Source of the DNA: Adhaeribacter terreus
GTDB lineage: Bacteria; Bacteroidota; Bacteroidia; Cytophagales; Hymenobacteraceae
Reading direction: 5' to 3'
NCBI RefSeq assembly: GCF_042657365.1
Contig: NZ_JBHSKT010000002.1
Coordinates: 454,034 to 518,033 of the forward strand
DNA: 64,000 nucleotides
Shown here: positions 11,017-21,588 of the stretch, one piece after another
Numbering within the stretch: the stretch's first letter is position 1
How the letters are laid out: each line of letters begins with the position of its first letter
Made by a program: the position numbers and the translations under genes
Notes under the pieces: model-generated
Seen by the model: the letters and a program-made list of their open reading frames with translations, nothing else
Databases searched by the model: none
What the model was told of the DNA's origin: nothing

Positions 11017-11409
11017 ATGGCTTCTATCTTTTCGAAAATTGTGGACGGTACAATTCCTGCTTATAAAGTGGCGGAAGATGATCGTTTTCTGGCTTTCCTG
11101 GATATAAATCCGCTGATGGAAGGCCATACGCTCGTGATACCAAAACAGGAAACCGACTATTTGTTTGATCTGGATGCTGATCTGTATGCCGATCTTCAGA
11201 AGTTTGCTTATAAAGTAGCGCAGGCTATAAAACCAGCCATGAACTGTAAAAGAGTTGGGGTTTGTGTGATCGGGTTTGAAGTACCGCACGCGCATATTCA
11301 CCTTATTCCAATAAACCAGATGCACGACATGAATTTCAGCAACCCGAAATTAAAGTTAAAGCCGGAGGAATTTGAAGCAATTGCCGAAAAGATCCGAAAG
11401 GAACTTTAG
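11017..11409 (+). CDS. HIT family (histidine triad) protein
   Basis: 130-aa ORF with HTLVIPK and the HAHIHLIP histidine triad. Confidence 0.85.
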   Translation: MASIFSKIVDGTIPAYKVAEDDRFLAFLDINPLMEGHTLVIPKQETDYLFDLDADLYADLQKFAYKVAQAIKPAMNCKRVGVCVIGFEVPHAHIHLIPINQMHDMNFSNPKLKLKPEEFEAIAEKIRKEL

Positions 11410-11432
11410 CTTTTGAAGCACTTTTTCAAGTC

Positions 11433-11482
11433 AAAACCCTAGCGTTTTATACCGGAATTCCAGTTAAAAACGCTAGGGTTTT
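11433..11482. repeat. 50-bp near-perfect palindrome built from two inverted copies of the intergenic AAAACCCTAGCGTTTT motif
   Basis: AAAACCCTAGCGTTTT-ATACCGGAATTCCAGTTA-AAAACGCTAGGGTTTT, sitting between convergent hinT-like and ruvC genes. Confidence 0.7.
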
Positions 11483-11533
11483 GGGCTTTAAAAGTAAAAG
11501 GTATTCTTCGCTTCTGGAATATTTCCTGTACGG

Positions 11534-12109
11534 TTACTTGGTGGAAATGCGGTTGGGATTATCGGTAAGGAAACTTTTCCAGGATTTGGCGCCGGCCTGG
11601 CTGTTATTACCGCGTTGGTAATGATGGCAAAGGGCAACGGCTAAAGCATCGGTGGCATCAAATAACTTCGGCATTTCGGCTATTTTAAAGATTTGCAGTA
11701 ACATTTGAGCTACTTGTTCTTTGGAAGCATTTCCGTTGCCGGTTATAGATTGCTTTACTTTTTTGGGAGCATATTCTACGTACGGAATATCGCGGGATAA
11801 AGCAGCGGCAATAGCAACACCCTGTGCGCGACCAAGTTTCAGCATCGATTGCACGTTAGTACCGTAGAAAGGCGCTTCAATTGCCATTTCATCTGGTAAA
11901 TATTCGGTGATGAGTTCCTGGGTGCGGTCGAAGATCTTTTTTAGTTTTACGGCGTGGTTGGTAATGTTCTTTAAATTGATGACATCGTGTTTAAGGACCT
12001 GCATTTTAGAGCCTTTCACCACGAGCAGAGCATAGCCCATAATATTGGTACCAGGATCTATACCCAAAATAATTTTTTCTGAAGGAACAAGGGGGAGCGT
12101 TTTAATCAT
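11534..12109 (-). CDS. ruvC: Crossover junction endodeoxyribonuclease RuvC
   Basis: KIILGIDPGTNIMGYAL matches the RuvC N-terminus. Start chosen at MIKTLP; the longer ORF runs to 12172. Confidence 0.8.
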   Translation of the reverse strand: MIKTLPLVPSEKIILGIDPGTNIMGYALLVVKGSKMQVLKHDVINLKNITNHAVKLKKIFDRTQELITEYLPDEMAIEAPFYGTNVQSMLKLGRAQGVAIAAALSRDIPYVEYAPKKVKQSITGNGNASKEQVAQMLLQIFKIAEMPKLFDATDALAVALCHHYQRGNNSQAGAKSWKSFLTDNPNRISTK

Positions 12110-12114
12110 AAGGT

Positions 12115-13104
12115 TTGCAAAATTACAAACAAAATTTGACTGTAGTTTTAAAAAGTAGCGGCTGGCTGGCACTTAAACTCCTGGTTTTTGGGCTTACAAG
12201 CTTTTATTTATACCGCGCCGTGCAAGGCCGCACCGATTGGTTCGCGCTTTTTCAGGAACATGATAATTCCCGGTTGCGGTTACTGGTTTTTATGGCAGCG
12301 GCGCTTATTCCGGTAAACTGGGGTCTGGAAGCCTGGAAATGGTGGTTCCTGGCCCGTAAGATCGAAACGGTTTCTTTTTTAAGAGCGTTCCGTTCGGTGA
12401 TGGTAGGTTTAACGCTTGGTTTTATAACGCCGAATCGGGTGGGAGATTATGCCGGCCGTATCCTGGAAATGCGGAGCCGCCGCAGAATTCATGCGATCGG
12501 GGCTATTTTTTTAGGCCGGTTTGCGCAGCTTGTGGTTACCGTAATGGCAGGTAGCTTAGGCGGTTTTTATCTTTTCTGGCATTTTTACTGGCCTGAATTT
12601 CCCTGGGCGAAAGTGAGCATTGGTTTGTTTTTGCTGGCCGGTAATGCATTTTGCTTTTTGTTTTTTTTCCGGGCAACCTTAATTCTGGCCATGATGGCTT
12701 CTTTTCCGCCGGCGCGCCGCTTTTTACCTTATTTGCGGGTGCTGGCGCGGTATAATTTTTCAGAACTTGGTTATACGCTTTTGCTGGCCGCTGCGAGGTA
12801 TGCCGTTTTTGGTTTACAGTTTGGTTTGTTGCTCAGTGCGTTTGGCATACAGCTTTCGTTGTTGCAATATGTGAGCGGTATTAGCAGTACTTTTCTTTTA
12901 AAATCTATTGTGCCGAGTTTCAGTGCCCTGACCGATATTGGGATGCGCGAAGTTTCGGCGATGCATTTTTTTAGTTTATTTGATGAACCGGAACTGAACG
13001 TGTTGAGCGCAAGCCTTAGTTTGTGGTTCCTGAACATTGTAGTGCCGAGTGCTTTAGGGCTGATCTTCGTTGCGCGTTTGAAATTTAAGAAAGTATCGGA
13101 ATGA
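12115..13104 (+). CDS. Flippase-like / lysylphosphatidylglycerol-synthase-TM-domain (UPF0104) membrane protein
   Basis: 329-aa polytopic membrane protein overlapping the downstream GT2 by 4 nt. Confidence 0.55.
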   Translation: MQNYKQNLTVVLKSSGWLALKLLVFGLTSFYLYRAVQGRTDWFALFQEHDNSRLRLLVFMAAALIPVNWGLEAWKWWFLARKIETVSFLRAFRSVMVGLTLGFITPNRVGDYAGRILEMRSRRRIHAIGAIFLGRFAQLVVTVMAGSLGGFYLFWHFYWPEFPWAKVSIGLFLLAGNAFCFLFFFRATLILAMMASFPPARRFLPYLRVLARYNFSELGYTLLLAAARYAVFGLQFGLLLSAFGIQLSLLQYVSGISSTFLLKSIVPSFSALTDIGMREVSAMHFFSLFDEPELNVLSASLSLWFLNIVVPSALGLIFVARLKFKKVSE

Positions 13105-14246
13105 TCGCGTTGCTGACTTCTTTGGTGCTGGGGTATAGCGTTTTTATAGTAGCTGCTATAATTGGCTGGCTGCGTTTACCATCGCCGGAATTGCCAGAAA
13201 GTTACAAGCCTCAAATCAAAATTTCGGTGTTAATTGCCGTGCGGAATGAAGCTGAAAATATTGGGCTTCTGCTGCAGGATCTGGCGGCGCAGAACTATCC
13301 GAAAGACCTACTTGAAGTTTTGATTATTGATGATCATTCTAAAGACAGAACGGCTGAAATTGTGAAGCATTTTATAGCCGGAACGGATCTGAGTTTACGG
13401 TTGCTGCGGCTGGAAAACGGTAGGGGAAAAGGCAAAAAAAGTGCTATTGCTTTCGGGCTGGAACAAGCGAATGGTGAACTGATCGTGCAAACGGATGGTG
13501 ACTGCCGGCTGCAACCCGACTGGCTGAAATTGCTGGAATATGTGTATGTTTCGGAAGGGGCTAAATTTATTAGCGGGCCGGTTTGTTTAACGGCCCAGAA
13601 TTCCCTTTTTCAGAAAATGCAGGTGGTGGAATTTGCTTCTTTAATTGGCAGCGGTGCGGCTTCTATGGGCTTGGGCAAGCCTAATATGTGCAACGGCGCA
13701 AACCTGGCTTATGAAAAAGCGGCATTTTATGCGGTAAATGGTTTTGCCGGCAACGAGAAAATTCCTTCCGGCGACGATGAATTCCTGATGCATAAAATTC
13801 AGGCTGCTTTTCCGGGGAAAGTTAAATTTCTGAAAGCGAAGGGCGGTACGGTTTTTACGGCTGCCTGCGAAACGTTACCGCAATTTTTAGCGCAACGCAT
13901 TCGCTGGGCGAGTAAATGGAAACATTACAAAAACCCGGCAGCACAATTACTGGCTTTGCTGGTTTTCGGGGTGAATCTTATTTTGCCGGTAGCGCTAATT
14001 TTCTGGTTAACAGGCTATTTAGCGGGTAATATTTTCTGGCCGGCTTTTTTGCTGAAAACAACTGTCGATTTTGTATTTTTAGGGCTGGTTTTGCAGTTTC
14101 TAGGCCGAACCGAGTATTTTATTTACATCTTTCCTTTACAGCTGGTTTATATGCCCTACGTGGTGTTAACTGCTCTGGCCGGGTTGGCCGGAACGTACCG
14201 CTGGAAAGGCCGAACACTGAAAAACAATGACGGAAACGGAAGCTGA
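13101..14246 (+). CDS. Family 2 glycosyltransferase, processive type (QxxRW motif), C-terminal TM helices
   Basis: Carries IIDDHSKDRT, DGD and QRIRWASKW motifs. Confidence 0.75.
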   Translation: MIALLTSLVLGYSVFIVAAIIGWLRLPSPELPESYKPQIKISVLIAVRNEAENIGLLLQDLAAQNYPKDLLEVLIIDDHSKDRTAEIVKHFIAGTDLSLRLLRLENGRGKGKKSAIAFGLEQANGELIVQTDGDCRLQPDWLKLLEYVYVSEGAKFISGPVCLTAQNSLFQKMQVVEFASLIGSGAASMGLGKPNMCNGANLAYEKAAFYAVNGFAGNEKIPSGDDEFLMHKIQAAFPGKVKFLKAKGGTVFTAACETLPQFLAQRIRWASKWKHYKNPAAQLLALLVFGVNLILPVALIFWLTGYLAGNIFWPAFLLKTTVDFVFLGLVLQFLGRTEYFIYIFPLQLVYMPYVVLTALAGLAGTYRWKGRTLKNNDGNGS

Positions 14247-14484
14247 TATTCTGGACGAATTATATTTTGTAACTTCTTTTAAAGCGCTTGACCAAACCCT
14301 GAACCTGGATGCAGAAACTCTTTGTGAAAATCTGAAGGCGTTGGTAGAACAAGGCTATGTAAAATGCTTTTTTCCGGATCCGGATACCGAAATAGATTTG
14401 GTGCCGGAAACGTTTGCAGCCAATTGTACATCGTATTTTTTTCTGGCTACCAAAGCTGGTTTGCTGGCGCATAATTCCCGATAA
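14227..14484 (+). CDS. Small acidic hypothetical protein
   Basis: 85-aa ORF in a tight operon context; no recognisable domain. Confidence 0.3.
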   Translation: MTETEADILDELYFVTSFKALDQTLNLDAETLCENLKALVEQGYVKCFFPDPDTEIDLVPETFAANCTSYFFLATKAGLLAHNSR

Positions 14485-15669
14485 ATGGCTACCACATCGC
14501 AGGTAATGCAGACCCAGGTTTTTCATTCGCCCGGTTATTATATCCGGCAAAGATTGTTGCAGAACGGGCCGGCTATGCTGGGCTTAACCTTAGTTTTGAT
14601 CGCATTTTTCATAGCGTTTTCGGGCTATTTATTGCTGCCAGATTCTACTACGAATGCGAACGATGGCATTGTGGCGCTGCAAAAGAAACCGGCTGGTTTT
14701 ACGGTTAAAATTCTGCGCGTTCCGAAAGCTGAAAAGCCGGAAGAAGTGAACAATTTTGAAAAGTGGTTATTCGGAGCACCGGTTGCTTTCGAAAGTATTC
14801 CGATAGACAATTATAAAATTGAACGCGACTTTTTAGTGGCAAAACCCTACCGTTCCGGCGCCGGACTGGATACTGCCGAAATGCGTTTCCCTTTGCAAAA
14901 ACTATTACCGGCTTCAACAGTTCTGCATAAAAAGGGAAGTTTAACGCAGCAAATTGAAGATACTGCTATTGAAACCCGAACGTACTGGCTGGGAACCGAT
15001 AAAGCGGGCCGCGATGTGCTGAGTCGGTTGTTGCTTGGTACCCGAATTTCGTTGGGAATCGGGTTTCTGGCGGTTTTAATTTCGGTAACTATTGGTTTGC
15101 TGGCCGGCGCTTTGGCTGGTTACGCCGGTGGCTGGGTAGATAAGGCCATTATGTTTGTGATGACGGTGGTTTGGAGCGTGCCGGGCATTATGCTGGTAAT
15201 AGCCATTAGTCTGGCGCTGGGCAGTAAAAGTGTCTGGGTTTCGTTTGTGGCGGTGGGCTTAACCATGTGGGTAGATGTGGCCCGGGTGGTGCGCGGCCAG
15301 GTTTTAAGTTTGAAAGAAAAGACGTATATTGAAGCAGCAAAAGTTGCGGGTTTACCCGAAATACGCATTATTTTAAAGCATTTGCTGCCCAATTTATTAG
15401 GGCCGCTTATTGTAACAGCTACCGCTAATTTTGCTTCGGCAATTTTAATGGAAGCCGGTTTGAGTTTTCTGGGTCTGGGAGTACAGCCGCCGGCGCCTTC
15501 GTGGGGCATGATGGTAAATGAAGGCTTTCAATTAATTGGCTCCCGGAACAGTTTGTTTTTAGTTATCTTGCCCAGCTTATGTATAAGCTTGCTGGTGCTG
15601 GCTTTTAATTTGCTCGGAAACGGGCTACGCGACGCATATGACCCTAAAATTATCGTTACCAATGCCTGA
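14485..15669 (+). CDS. ABC transporter permease, oligopeptide/dipeptide DppC/OppC-like
   Basis: GTDKAGRDVLSRLLLGTRISL and an EAA-like loop, with 6 TM helices. Confidence 0.75.
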   Translation: MATTSQVMQTQVFHSPGYYIRQRLLQNGPAMLGLTLVLIAFFIAFSGYLLLPDSTTNANDGIVALQKKPAGFTVKILRVPKAEKPEEVNNFEKWLFGAPVAFESIPIDNYKIERDFLVAKPYRSGAGLDTAEMRFPLQKLLPASTVLHKKGSLTQQIEDTAIETRTYWLGTDKAGRDVLSRLLLGTRISLGIGFLAVLISVTIGLLAGALAGYAGGWVDKAIMFVMTVVWSVPGIMLVIAISLALGSKSVWVSFVAVGLTMWVDVARVVRGQVLSLKEKTYIEAAKVAGLPEIRIILKHLLPNLLGPLIVTATANFASAILMEAGLSFLGLGVQPPAPSWGMMVNEGFQLIGSRNSLFLVILPSLCISLLVLAFNLLGNGLRDAYDPKIIVTNA

Positions 15670-16885
15670 GACCGTGGAAAGGAATATACAGCAGGAGCTA
15701 AATCTGAAGGAATTGGAACTGGCAGCGTTGCTTGAAATTACGCAGGCAATTAACAGCAACCTTCCGGAAAAAGCGCTTTATAAAATTTACCATTTCACGT
15801 TACTGGCCCAGTTAAAAATTAACCGGCTCACGCTTTTTGTGCAGGACGAAGCCTGGGAATGCAAGGTTTGTTTTGGCACTGCCACCGATTTTGTGAAACA
15901 GAACTTTCCGGAAGAGATCCGGAACCTGCGCGAAATTACCAAACTCAATAACCTGAACCTGGATAAACGCTGGCGCGATTTCGACGTGGCTATTCCGGTA
16001 ATTCAGGATGGGAAAGTGCTGGCTTTTGTGCTGATCGGGAATATTCATCCGTATTATTCCAACCTTGGGGCTTTATCGTTTATTCAGACGCTGAGTAATA
16101 TTCTGATCGTGGCAATGGAAAACCGGAAAATGACCCGGCAACGATTGGCCCAGGAAGCTATGCGCAACGAAATTCGTATTGCGCGAGAAGTGCAAGCTAT
16201 GCTGTTTCCGAAGAGTTTGCCGAATGATAAAGACGTAGCGATACATGCTAGTTACATTCCTCACTCTACCATAGGCGGCGATTATTACGATTACATTAAA
16301 ATTGACGACGATCAGTTCCTGGTTTGCGTGGCCGACGTATCTGGTAAAGGCGTGCCGGCTTCGTTGCTGATGAGTAATTTTCAGGCCGGTTTGCGTACCA
16401 TTCTGCGCCAGACCTCCGATCTGGAAACGGTAGTTTCAGAGCTGAATTACCTGATATACCGGAACGCGATCGCGGAGAAATTCATTACCAGTTTCTTTGC
16501 AATCTATAACCGGAAAACCAGCGAACTGCACTACGTGAATGCCGGCCACAACGCACCCGTTTTACTGTACGAAAACAATACCTGCCATTTACTGAACGAA
16601 GGTTGTACGATGCTGGGTATTTTTGAAGAATTGCCGTTCATGTCGGTAACCAAGGTGCTGATCCCGCAAAAATCGATGTTGCTTTGCTATACCGATGGTT
16701 TAACGGAAGTTTTCAACAAGGATGAAGATGAATACGGGCTGGAAAATACCATTAAATTCCTGCAACATTCCCGTTACATGAACCTGCAGGTGCTGCACCG
16801 CGAATTGCTGGAAGATATCCGAATCTATAACGATGCCGCCGGTTTTGATGATGATATCACGCTGTTAAGCTGCCGTTTTAAGTAA
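15662..16885 (+). CDS. GAF-domain PP2C-type serine phosphatase (SpoIIE/RsbU family)
   Basis: IGGDYYDY and VADVSGKGVPASLLMS are PP2C motifs. Start chosen at MPETVERN. Confidence 0.75.
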   Translation: MPETVERNIQQELNLKELELAALLEITQAINSNLPEKALYKIYHFTLLAQLKINRLTLFVQDEAWECKVCFGTATDFVKQNFPEEIRNLREITKLNNLNLDKRWRDFDVAIPVIQDGKVLAFVLIGNIHPYYSNLGALSFIQTLSNILIVAMENRKMTRQRLAQEAMRNEIRIAREVQAMLFPKSLPNDKDVAIHASYIPHSTIGGDYYDYIKIDDDQFLVCVADVSGKGVPASLLMSNFQAGLRTILRQTSDLETVVSELNYLIYRNAIAEKFITSFFAIYNRKTSELHYVNAGHNAPVLLYENNTCHLLNEGCTMLGIFEELPFMSVTKVLIPQKSMLLCYTDGLTEVFNKDEDEYGLENTIKFLQHSRYMNLQVLHRELLEDIRIYNDAAGFDDDITLLSCRFK

Positions 16886-16936
16886 ATCAATTCCGACTTT
16901 TTGAGGCTGAAACCCTACCGTTTTTTGTTGAGTTTT

Positions 16937-17368
16937 ATGAAGAAACGTTATATCTGCGTTGCAATGCTGGCCGTTTGCAGCAACTTTGCCTGCACCCGTA
17001 AAAGTACGCCGGCAGCTGCTGTAAATAGTAAAACTGAGGTTCCGGCAAACGATCAGGTTTTTGTAATGGTAGAAGAAATGCCGCGTTTTCCGGGTGGCGA
17101 AAGTGAACTGATAAACTTTATAAACAAGCACCTGATCTATCCGCAGGAAGCCCGGGATAACGGAGAGGAAGGCAGGGTAATCGTGCAGTTCGTAGTAACG
17201 AAAGAAGGTAGAATAACCAATCCTGAAGTTGTGCGGAGCGTTTCGCAAAGTATTGATAAGGAGGCGCTTCGTATTATTAGTAAAATGCCTTTATGGCAAC
17301 CAGGCAGGCAAAATGGGCGACCGGTAGATACCCGTTATACCTTGCCTTTCATGTTTCAATTACAGTAA
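16937..17368 (+). CDS. Energy transducer TonB C-terminal domain protein
   Basis: PRFPGGESELINFI...EGRVIVQFVVTKEGRI matches the TonB C-terminal fold. Confidence 0.7.
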   Translation: MKKRYICVAMLAVCSNFACTRKSTPAAAVNSKTEVPANDQVFVMVEEMPRFPGGESELINFINKHLIYPQEARDNGEEGRVIVQFVVTKEGRITNPEVVRSVSQSIDKEALRIISKMPLWQPGRQNGRPVDTRYTLPFMFQLQ

Positions 17369-17439
17369 AAACAAGCAGTTTTTAAGCACAAAAGCATAGC
17401 GTTTTGAAACGGAGATTCGCTTTTAACTAGAAGCTAAAA

Positions 17440-18906
17440 CTAATTCAACGCTTCCGTTTGCTTTTTCTCCCTTGTCCAGATATCGAGTTTTATCAGGAAG
17501 GCAATGGAAATGAAGTAGAACGAACCGATCTTATCTACTTCCAGCAGTTCGTTGAGGGTAAGGTGAAAAATGATAATGATGAGGCAAAGCGCTGTGCCAA
17601 CTATTACGGCCCGCGTTTCCGGATCTTTGGTGCGATGATAAAGCGTTTGCGGTAAGATCAGCATATAACCGATCAGAGCCAAAAAAAGCAGCAAACCGAT
17701 AATGCCCTGCTCGGCGAGTTGCAGTAAAAAGTAATTGTGTACGGTAGATTTTTCAGGATTATCGCTTACGTAAGTCCGGAAGCGTTTAACGGTGTAGCGT
17801 TTATATTCCGGGTAAAATGTGCTTGGGCCGGTACCGGTAAATGGTTTTTCGGCTACCATGTGCATGGCGGCAACCCAGCGGTAAACGCGTTCCATTCCCG
17901 AAACATCTTCGAGCTTGTACGTAGCCTGTAAGTGTTTGCCGAAATTATCGCGGTTGAAAACCGTTTTCTCGAATTTAGGGGCGTAATTCAGATAATTTTC
18001 ATTGTTCAGGAAGAAATAGAAGGCAAATGCGGCTCCCAGATAAGCAACGATTACCATAAGTTTGGTAAGCTTAAACCGGATGGCCAGAAAATAAAATCCG
18101 GCAATAGGCAGCGAAAGCCAGGAAGCACGCGTGTAAGAAAAGCCTACACCAGCCACCATAATAAGCAGGCTACAGATCAGAAAAAACTTCACCCAACCTT
18201 TCCGGCCTTTCAATAAAGTGAATACATAGGGAATGAAAAACGCGACGACCGTGGCATAAATCACGTGGTTCATGAAGAACGGCGTAACCGACCGGTGCAC
18301 TGCGTGAAAAGCAAACCCTTTGAGGGCGTGTTTGAAAAGCGAAAAAAGGATCAGACCGATAAGCGGAACCAGGAAGAACCACAAAATGCGTTTAATGTCT
18401 TTTACATCGCGGATTATGGAGCCAGTAAGCAGCAAAAACGGCACGATGTACCAAACCTTGGCCAGCAGATATTTTATAGATTTGGTTTGATCTACGGAAA
18501 AAGGCATAACCAAAAGCGCCCACAAATAAGTAGCCCCGATGAGCACCACGAGCGGGTGCGACAGAAAACGTTTGTCAGGTTTAAAACCAATGAGCAACGA
18601 AGCCATGAAACAACCCGTGAGCAGAAGCATGAGCGGCTCGGCCGGAAGATCCATGCGCAGCCCACCAAACGGAATAAAGAACTCCATAGAGAACGGCAGG
18701 CTGAATATGAGCAGGTAGTAAAGCGCGCGGTAATTAGTTAAAAGCAAAAGCAATAGTAAAATTCCGGCCGGAATACCCAGCCAAACCGACGTGTTTTTAT
18801 AAACACCCCAGCAAACGGAACCAACTATTAAGCTGCCAAAACCCCAGAAAATAAGCTGTTCAGTAACTTTTTCGGGAAGCGGCAGGTGTGCTTTTACGAA
18901 CTTCAT
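17440..18906 (-). CDS. O-antigen ligase / Wzy-like polytopic membrane protein
   Basis: 488-aa ORF with more than 10 TM helices and a periplasmic loop, in a polysaccharide locus. Confidence 0.55.
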   Translation of the reverse strand: MKFVKAHLPLPEKVTEQLIFWGFGSLIVGSVCWGVYKNTSVWLGIPAGILLLLLLLTNYRALYYLLIFSLPFSMEFFIPFGGLRMDLPAEPLMLLLTGCFMASLLIGFKPDKRFLSHPLVVLIGATYLWALLVMPFSVDQTKSIKYLLAKVWYIVPFLLLTGSIIRDVKDIKRILWFFLVPLIGLILFSLFKHALKGFAFHAVHRSVTPFFMNHVIYATVVAFFIPYVFTLLKGRKGWVKFFLICSLLIMVAGVGFSYTRASWLSLPIAGFYFLAIRFKLTKLMVIVAYLGAAFAFYFFLNNENYLNYAPKFEKTVFNRDNFGKHLQATYKLEDVSGMERVYRWVAAMHMVAEKPFTGTGPSTFYPEYKRYTVKRFRTYVSDNPEKSTVHNYFLLQLAEQGIIGLLLFLALIGYMLILPQTLYHRTKDPETRAVIVGTALCLIIIIFHLTLNELLEVDKIGSFYFISIAFLIKLDIWTREKKQTEALN

Positions 18907-20018
18907 TATTCAAAACGATACTTTTCGCGCTTAAATAATTCGTAAAGCGAAACGAAAATTACCGATAACAGGAATGTTACAATGGTTGAACCCGCCACGA
19001 TGAGCCAACGGATCGGTTTGATTTTGCGGTTTGCGGCTTCGGCTTTCTGTACTACGTTAATAGTTGAGATCTTGCCGTTCAGTGCAATTTTAGCGTTGTC
19101 GTAGTTAGCTTTGGCTTTTATGTAGCGCGAAAGCATATTCGATTGAATGGAATCAAGATCTCTGGTAGCTTTCAGGCCGGCCGCATATTTATCTAAATTA
19201 TAAACGGAACCGGAGCTGGTAAGGGTAGTAAGCGCTTTTTCCAGACCATTTATTTTAGCTTTCAGGGCCGTAGTGCTACCGCCGGTTTGCTGCATCACTT
19301 CCAGTTCGCCTTTGGCTTGGGCCAGTTCGGTCTGGGTTTCGATCACGCTTTTGCTTAAGTGATAACCTTCGTCGGCCAGGCCGTAAATGCCGTAATTTTT
19401 ACGCACTTCGTTCAGGCTGTCGCGCAGGTTAAGGTAGGCTTTGGAATAATAATTATACTGGTCTTTGTAAATTTCCATTACCCGTTTGCGGTTCTCGAGC
19501 GGAAGTTCCTGGTTCAGCACATCGATGCGGGCGGCAATGTCGTTGGCAATGGCGGCGGCTTTGTATTTATCGTGGCTGATGAAGCTGATCTCCAAAGCGT
19601 CGCGGTCGTTGGGGCGTACATCGAGGTTGGTGTACCACATGTTCATGGCGCCAAATTTATTGATGTCGCTTTCCATGTCCTGATACCCGTAGTCGAGGTA
19701 AAGTTTATACTTGTAGATCATGAAATAAGCCAGCTGCTCGGAAGTGGCTATGGTCGTTAAGCGGTCCAGTTCTACGGAAGAGCCGGTTACTTCAATTTTA
19801 TCGCCCTGCAGAATGCGGTCCGGATCTACGCTCAGGATATTGGCCGGGTAAATAATGGTTGTAGACTGGTATTCGTTGGTAAGCAGCAGGGAAACGCCGG
19901 CGCTGCCCAGCATGGCAAGAATGCTAAGCACCAGGATAGGATATTTCCAACGATTCAGAACAGGCACCAATCCGAGGAGATTTTTCGGACGTTCAGACAT
20001 AGTTTGCGTAACGCTCAT
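18906..20018 (-). CDS. Polysaccharide chain-length determinant (Wzz/GumC-like, no kinase domain)
   Basis: N-terminal TM, a coiled-coil periplasmic domain and a C-terminal TM (WLIVAGSTIVTFLLSVIFV). Confidence 0.6.
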   Translation of the reverse strand: MSVTQTMSERPKNLLGLVPVLNRWKYPILVLSILAMLGSAGVSLLLTNEYQSTTIIYPANILSVDPDRILQGDKIEVTGSSVELDRLTTIATSEQLAYFMIYKYKLYLDYGYQDMESDINKFGAMNMWYTNLDVRPNDRDALEISFISHDKYKAAAIANDIAARIDVLNQELPLENRKRVMEIYKDQYNYYSKAYLNLRDSLNEVRKNYGIYGLADEGYHLSKSVIETQTELAQAKGELEVMQQTGGSTTALKAKINGLEKALTTLTSSGSVYNLDKYAAGLKATRDLDSIQSNMLSRYIKAKANYDNAKIALNGKISTINVVQKAEAANRKIKPIRWLIVAGSTIVTFLLSVIFVSLYELFKREKYRFE

Positions 20019-20202
20019 GGTAAAGAATATTCATTCAAAATTAGCCAAAAAACTCAAACTATCCTAAAACAAAGGAGCCCGAAAGTTGGGAATATTTGCT
20101 GCAGGTTGCCTATTTATTGCGTTACTTTGCAGGCGCTAAACCCTACCGTTTATTAAAAAGCTACTCGGAAATATAAGTTTTATTCTACTGCTGAACCTGC
20201 TG

Positions 20203-21576
20203 GTGAAACCCATTGGCATTGTGGTAGAAAACCTGGTGCAGGACCGGATCGGTCACGAGGCTTTTGGTTTGTTCAGTGCTTTGTTTTCGCTGGCAACCAT
20301 AGGGGCCGTACTTTCCGATCTGGGAATAAGCCAGCTGGCTACCAAGAAAATTGCCGCCGATAAAAGCTATTTTGAAGCCTATTTTCCTACCGTTTTTCCC
20401 ATTAAGATTCTGCTGGCGCTGTTGTTTCCGCTTCTAATGCTGGCGCTTGGGTTTATTTTAGGTTACGACGCACACACACTTTATCTGCTGTTTTTCATAG
20501 CATTTACCTTCGGAATTTCACAATTCATTTTGTTTTTCCGGGCAACGCTGCAGGGCAACCAGAATTTTAACGTGGATGCCGTAGGTTCTGTGGCCGATAA
20601 ATTCCTGCTGGTGTTTTTTGTGCTCGCCCTTTTACCCGTGGGGCTTACGCTGGAGAATTTTGTGTATGCGCGCGCGCTGGCAACCGGGCTGGCTTTTGTG
20701 GCGCTTTATTTCCTGATCACGAAATTATACGGCCGGCTGCGCATAAAACTAAACCGCGTGCATTTAAAAGAATTGCTGCGCGACAGTTTGCCGTTTGCCC
20801 TTATTACGCTGGTTTATGGCATTAACGAACGCGTGGATATTGTAATGCTGGAACGGCTTTCTTCGGCCAAAGAAGCAGGTCTATACGCCGGACCGTACCG
20901 CTGGGTAGATGCCGTAATGATGTATCTCTGGACCATTCTGCCCATATTTTTCGCCAAATTCGCCTTGACCATACAGGATAAAAAAGAGCAGGAAAAACTG
21001 TTGCATTTCGGGCAGGTAGTGGTGAGTTTGCCCATTATTTTTATCTGCGTTTTTTCATTTTTCTACGGCGAGCTTTTCTTTTTTCAGTTCAGCAACAGCA
21101 CACCGGCCGAAATTGCGGCCATGGTACGCAACCTGCAGATCTTATTTCTGAACGTTTTGGTGCATGGTTTTTTTGCCATTTACAGTACCCTTTTAACTTC
21201 GAGCAATTTTGAAAAACCGGTAAGCAAGCTGGTAGCGGCCAGTATTGTTATAAACCTGACGCTCAACGTTATTTTTATTCCGGAATATGGCTCGTTGGCA
21301 GCCGCCTGGAACACCCTTTTTTGTGCGGTTTTCGTATCTGTAGGGTACTTTATAATGGTTGGGCGCAAGGTGAAAATAAAACTACCTTATGCGTTGCTCT
21401 TAAAACTGGTTTTATTGACTGTTTTGCTTGGTGGGCTGTTTTTTGGGTTAAATTATCTCTCCGGTTTGTGGTGGCTGAATACAATATTGGCCGGCGCAGG
21501 GTTTTTAATTTTGGTTTTTATATTGCAGATTATTAGTTTAGCTCAAATACGGCAATTGCTAAACCGTAGACCTTAA
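20203..21576 (+). CDS. Wzx-like polysaccharide flippase (MOP superfamily); true N-terminus probably about 17-20 codons upstream at a non-ATG start
   Basis: The frame stays open back to 20140 and encodes KKLLGNISFILLLNLL, which is Wzx-like. The track start is a GTG. Confidence 0.7.
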   Translation: MKPIGIVVENLVQDRIGHEAFGLFSALFSLATIGAVLSDLGISQLATKKIAADKSYFEAYFPTVFPIKILLALLFPLLMLALGFILGYDAHTLYLLFFIAFTFGISQFILFFRATLQGNQNFNVDAVGSVADKFLLVFFVLALLPVGLTLENFVYARALATGLAFVALYFLITKLYGRLRIKLNRVHLKELLRDSLPFALITLVYGINERVDIVMLERLSSAKEAGLYAGPYRWVDAVMMYLWTILPIFFAKFALTIQDKKEQEKLLHFGQVVVSLPIIFICVFSFFYGELFFFQFSNSTPAEIAAMVRNLQILFLNVLVHGFFAIYSTLLTSSNFEKPVSKLVAASIVINLTLNVIFIPEYGSLAAAWNTLFCAVFVSVGYFIMVGRKVKIKLPYALLLKLVLLTVLLGGLFFGLNYLSGLWWLNTILAGAGFLILVFILQIISLAQIRQLLNRRP

Positions 21577-21588
21577 TCTCACCTGCTC

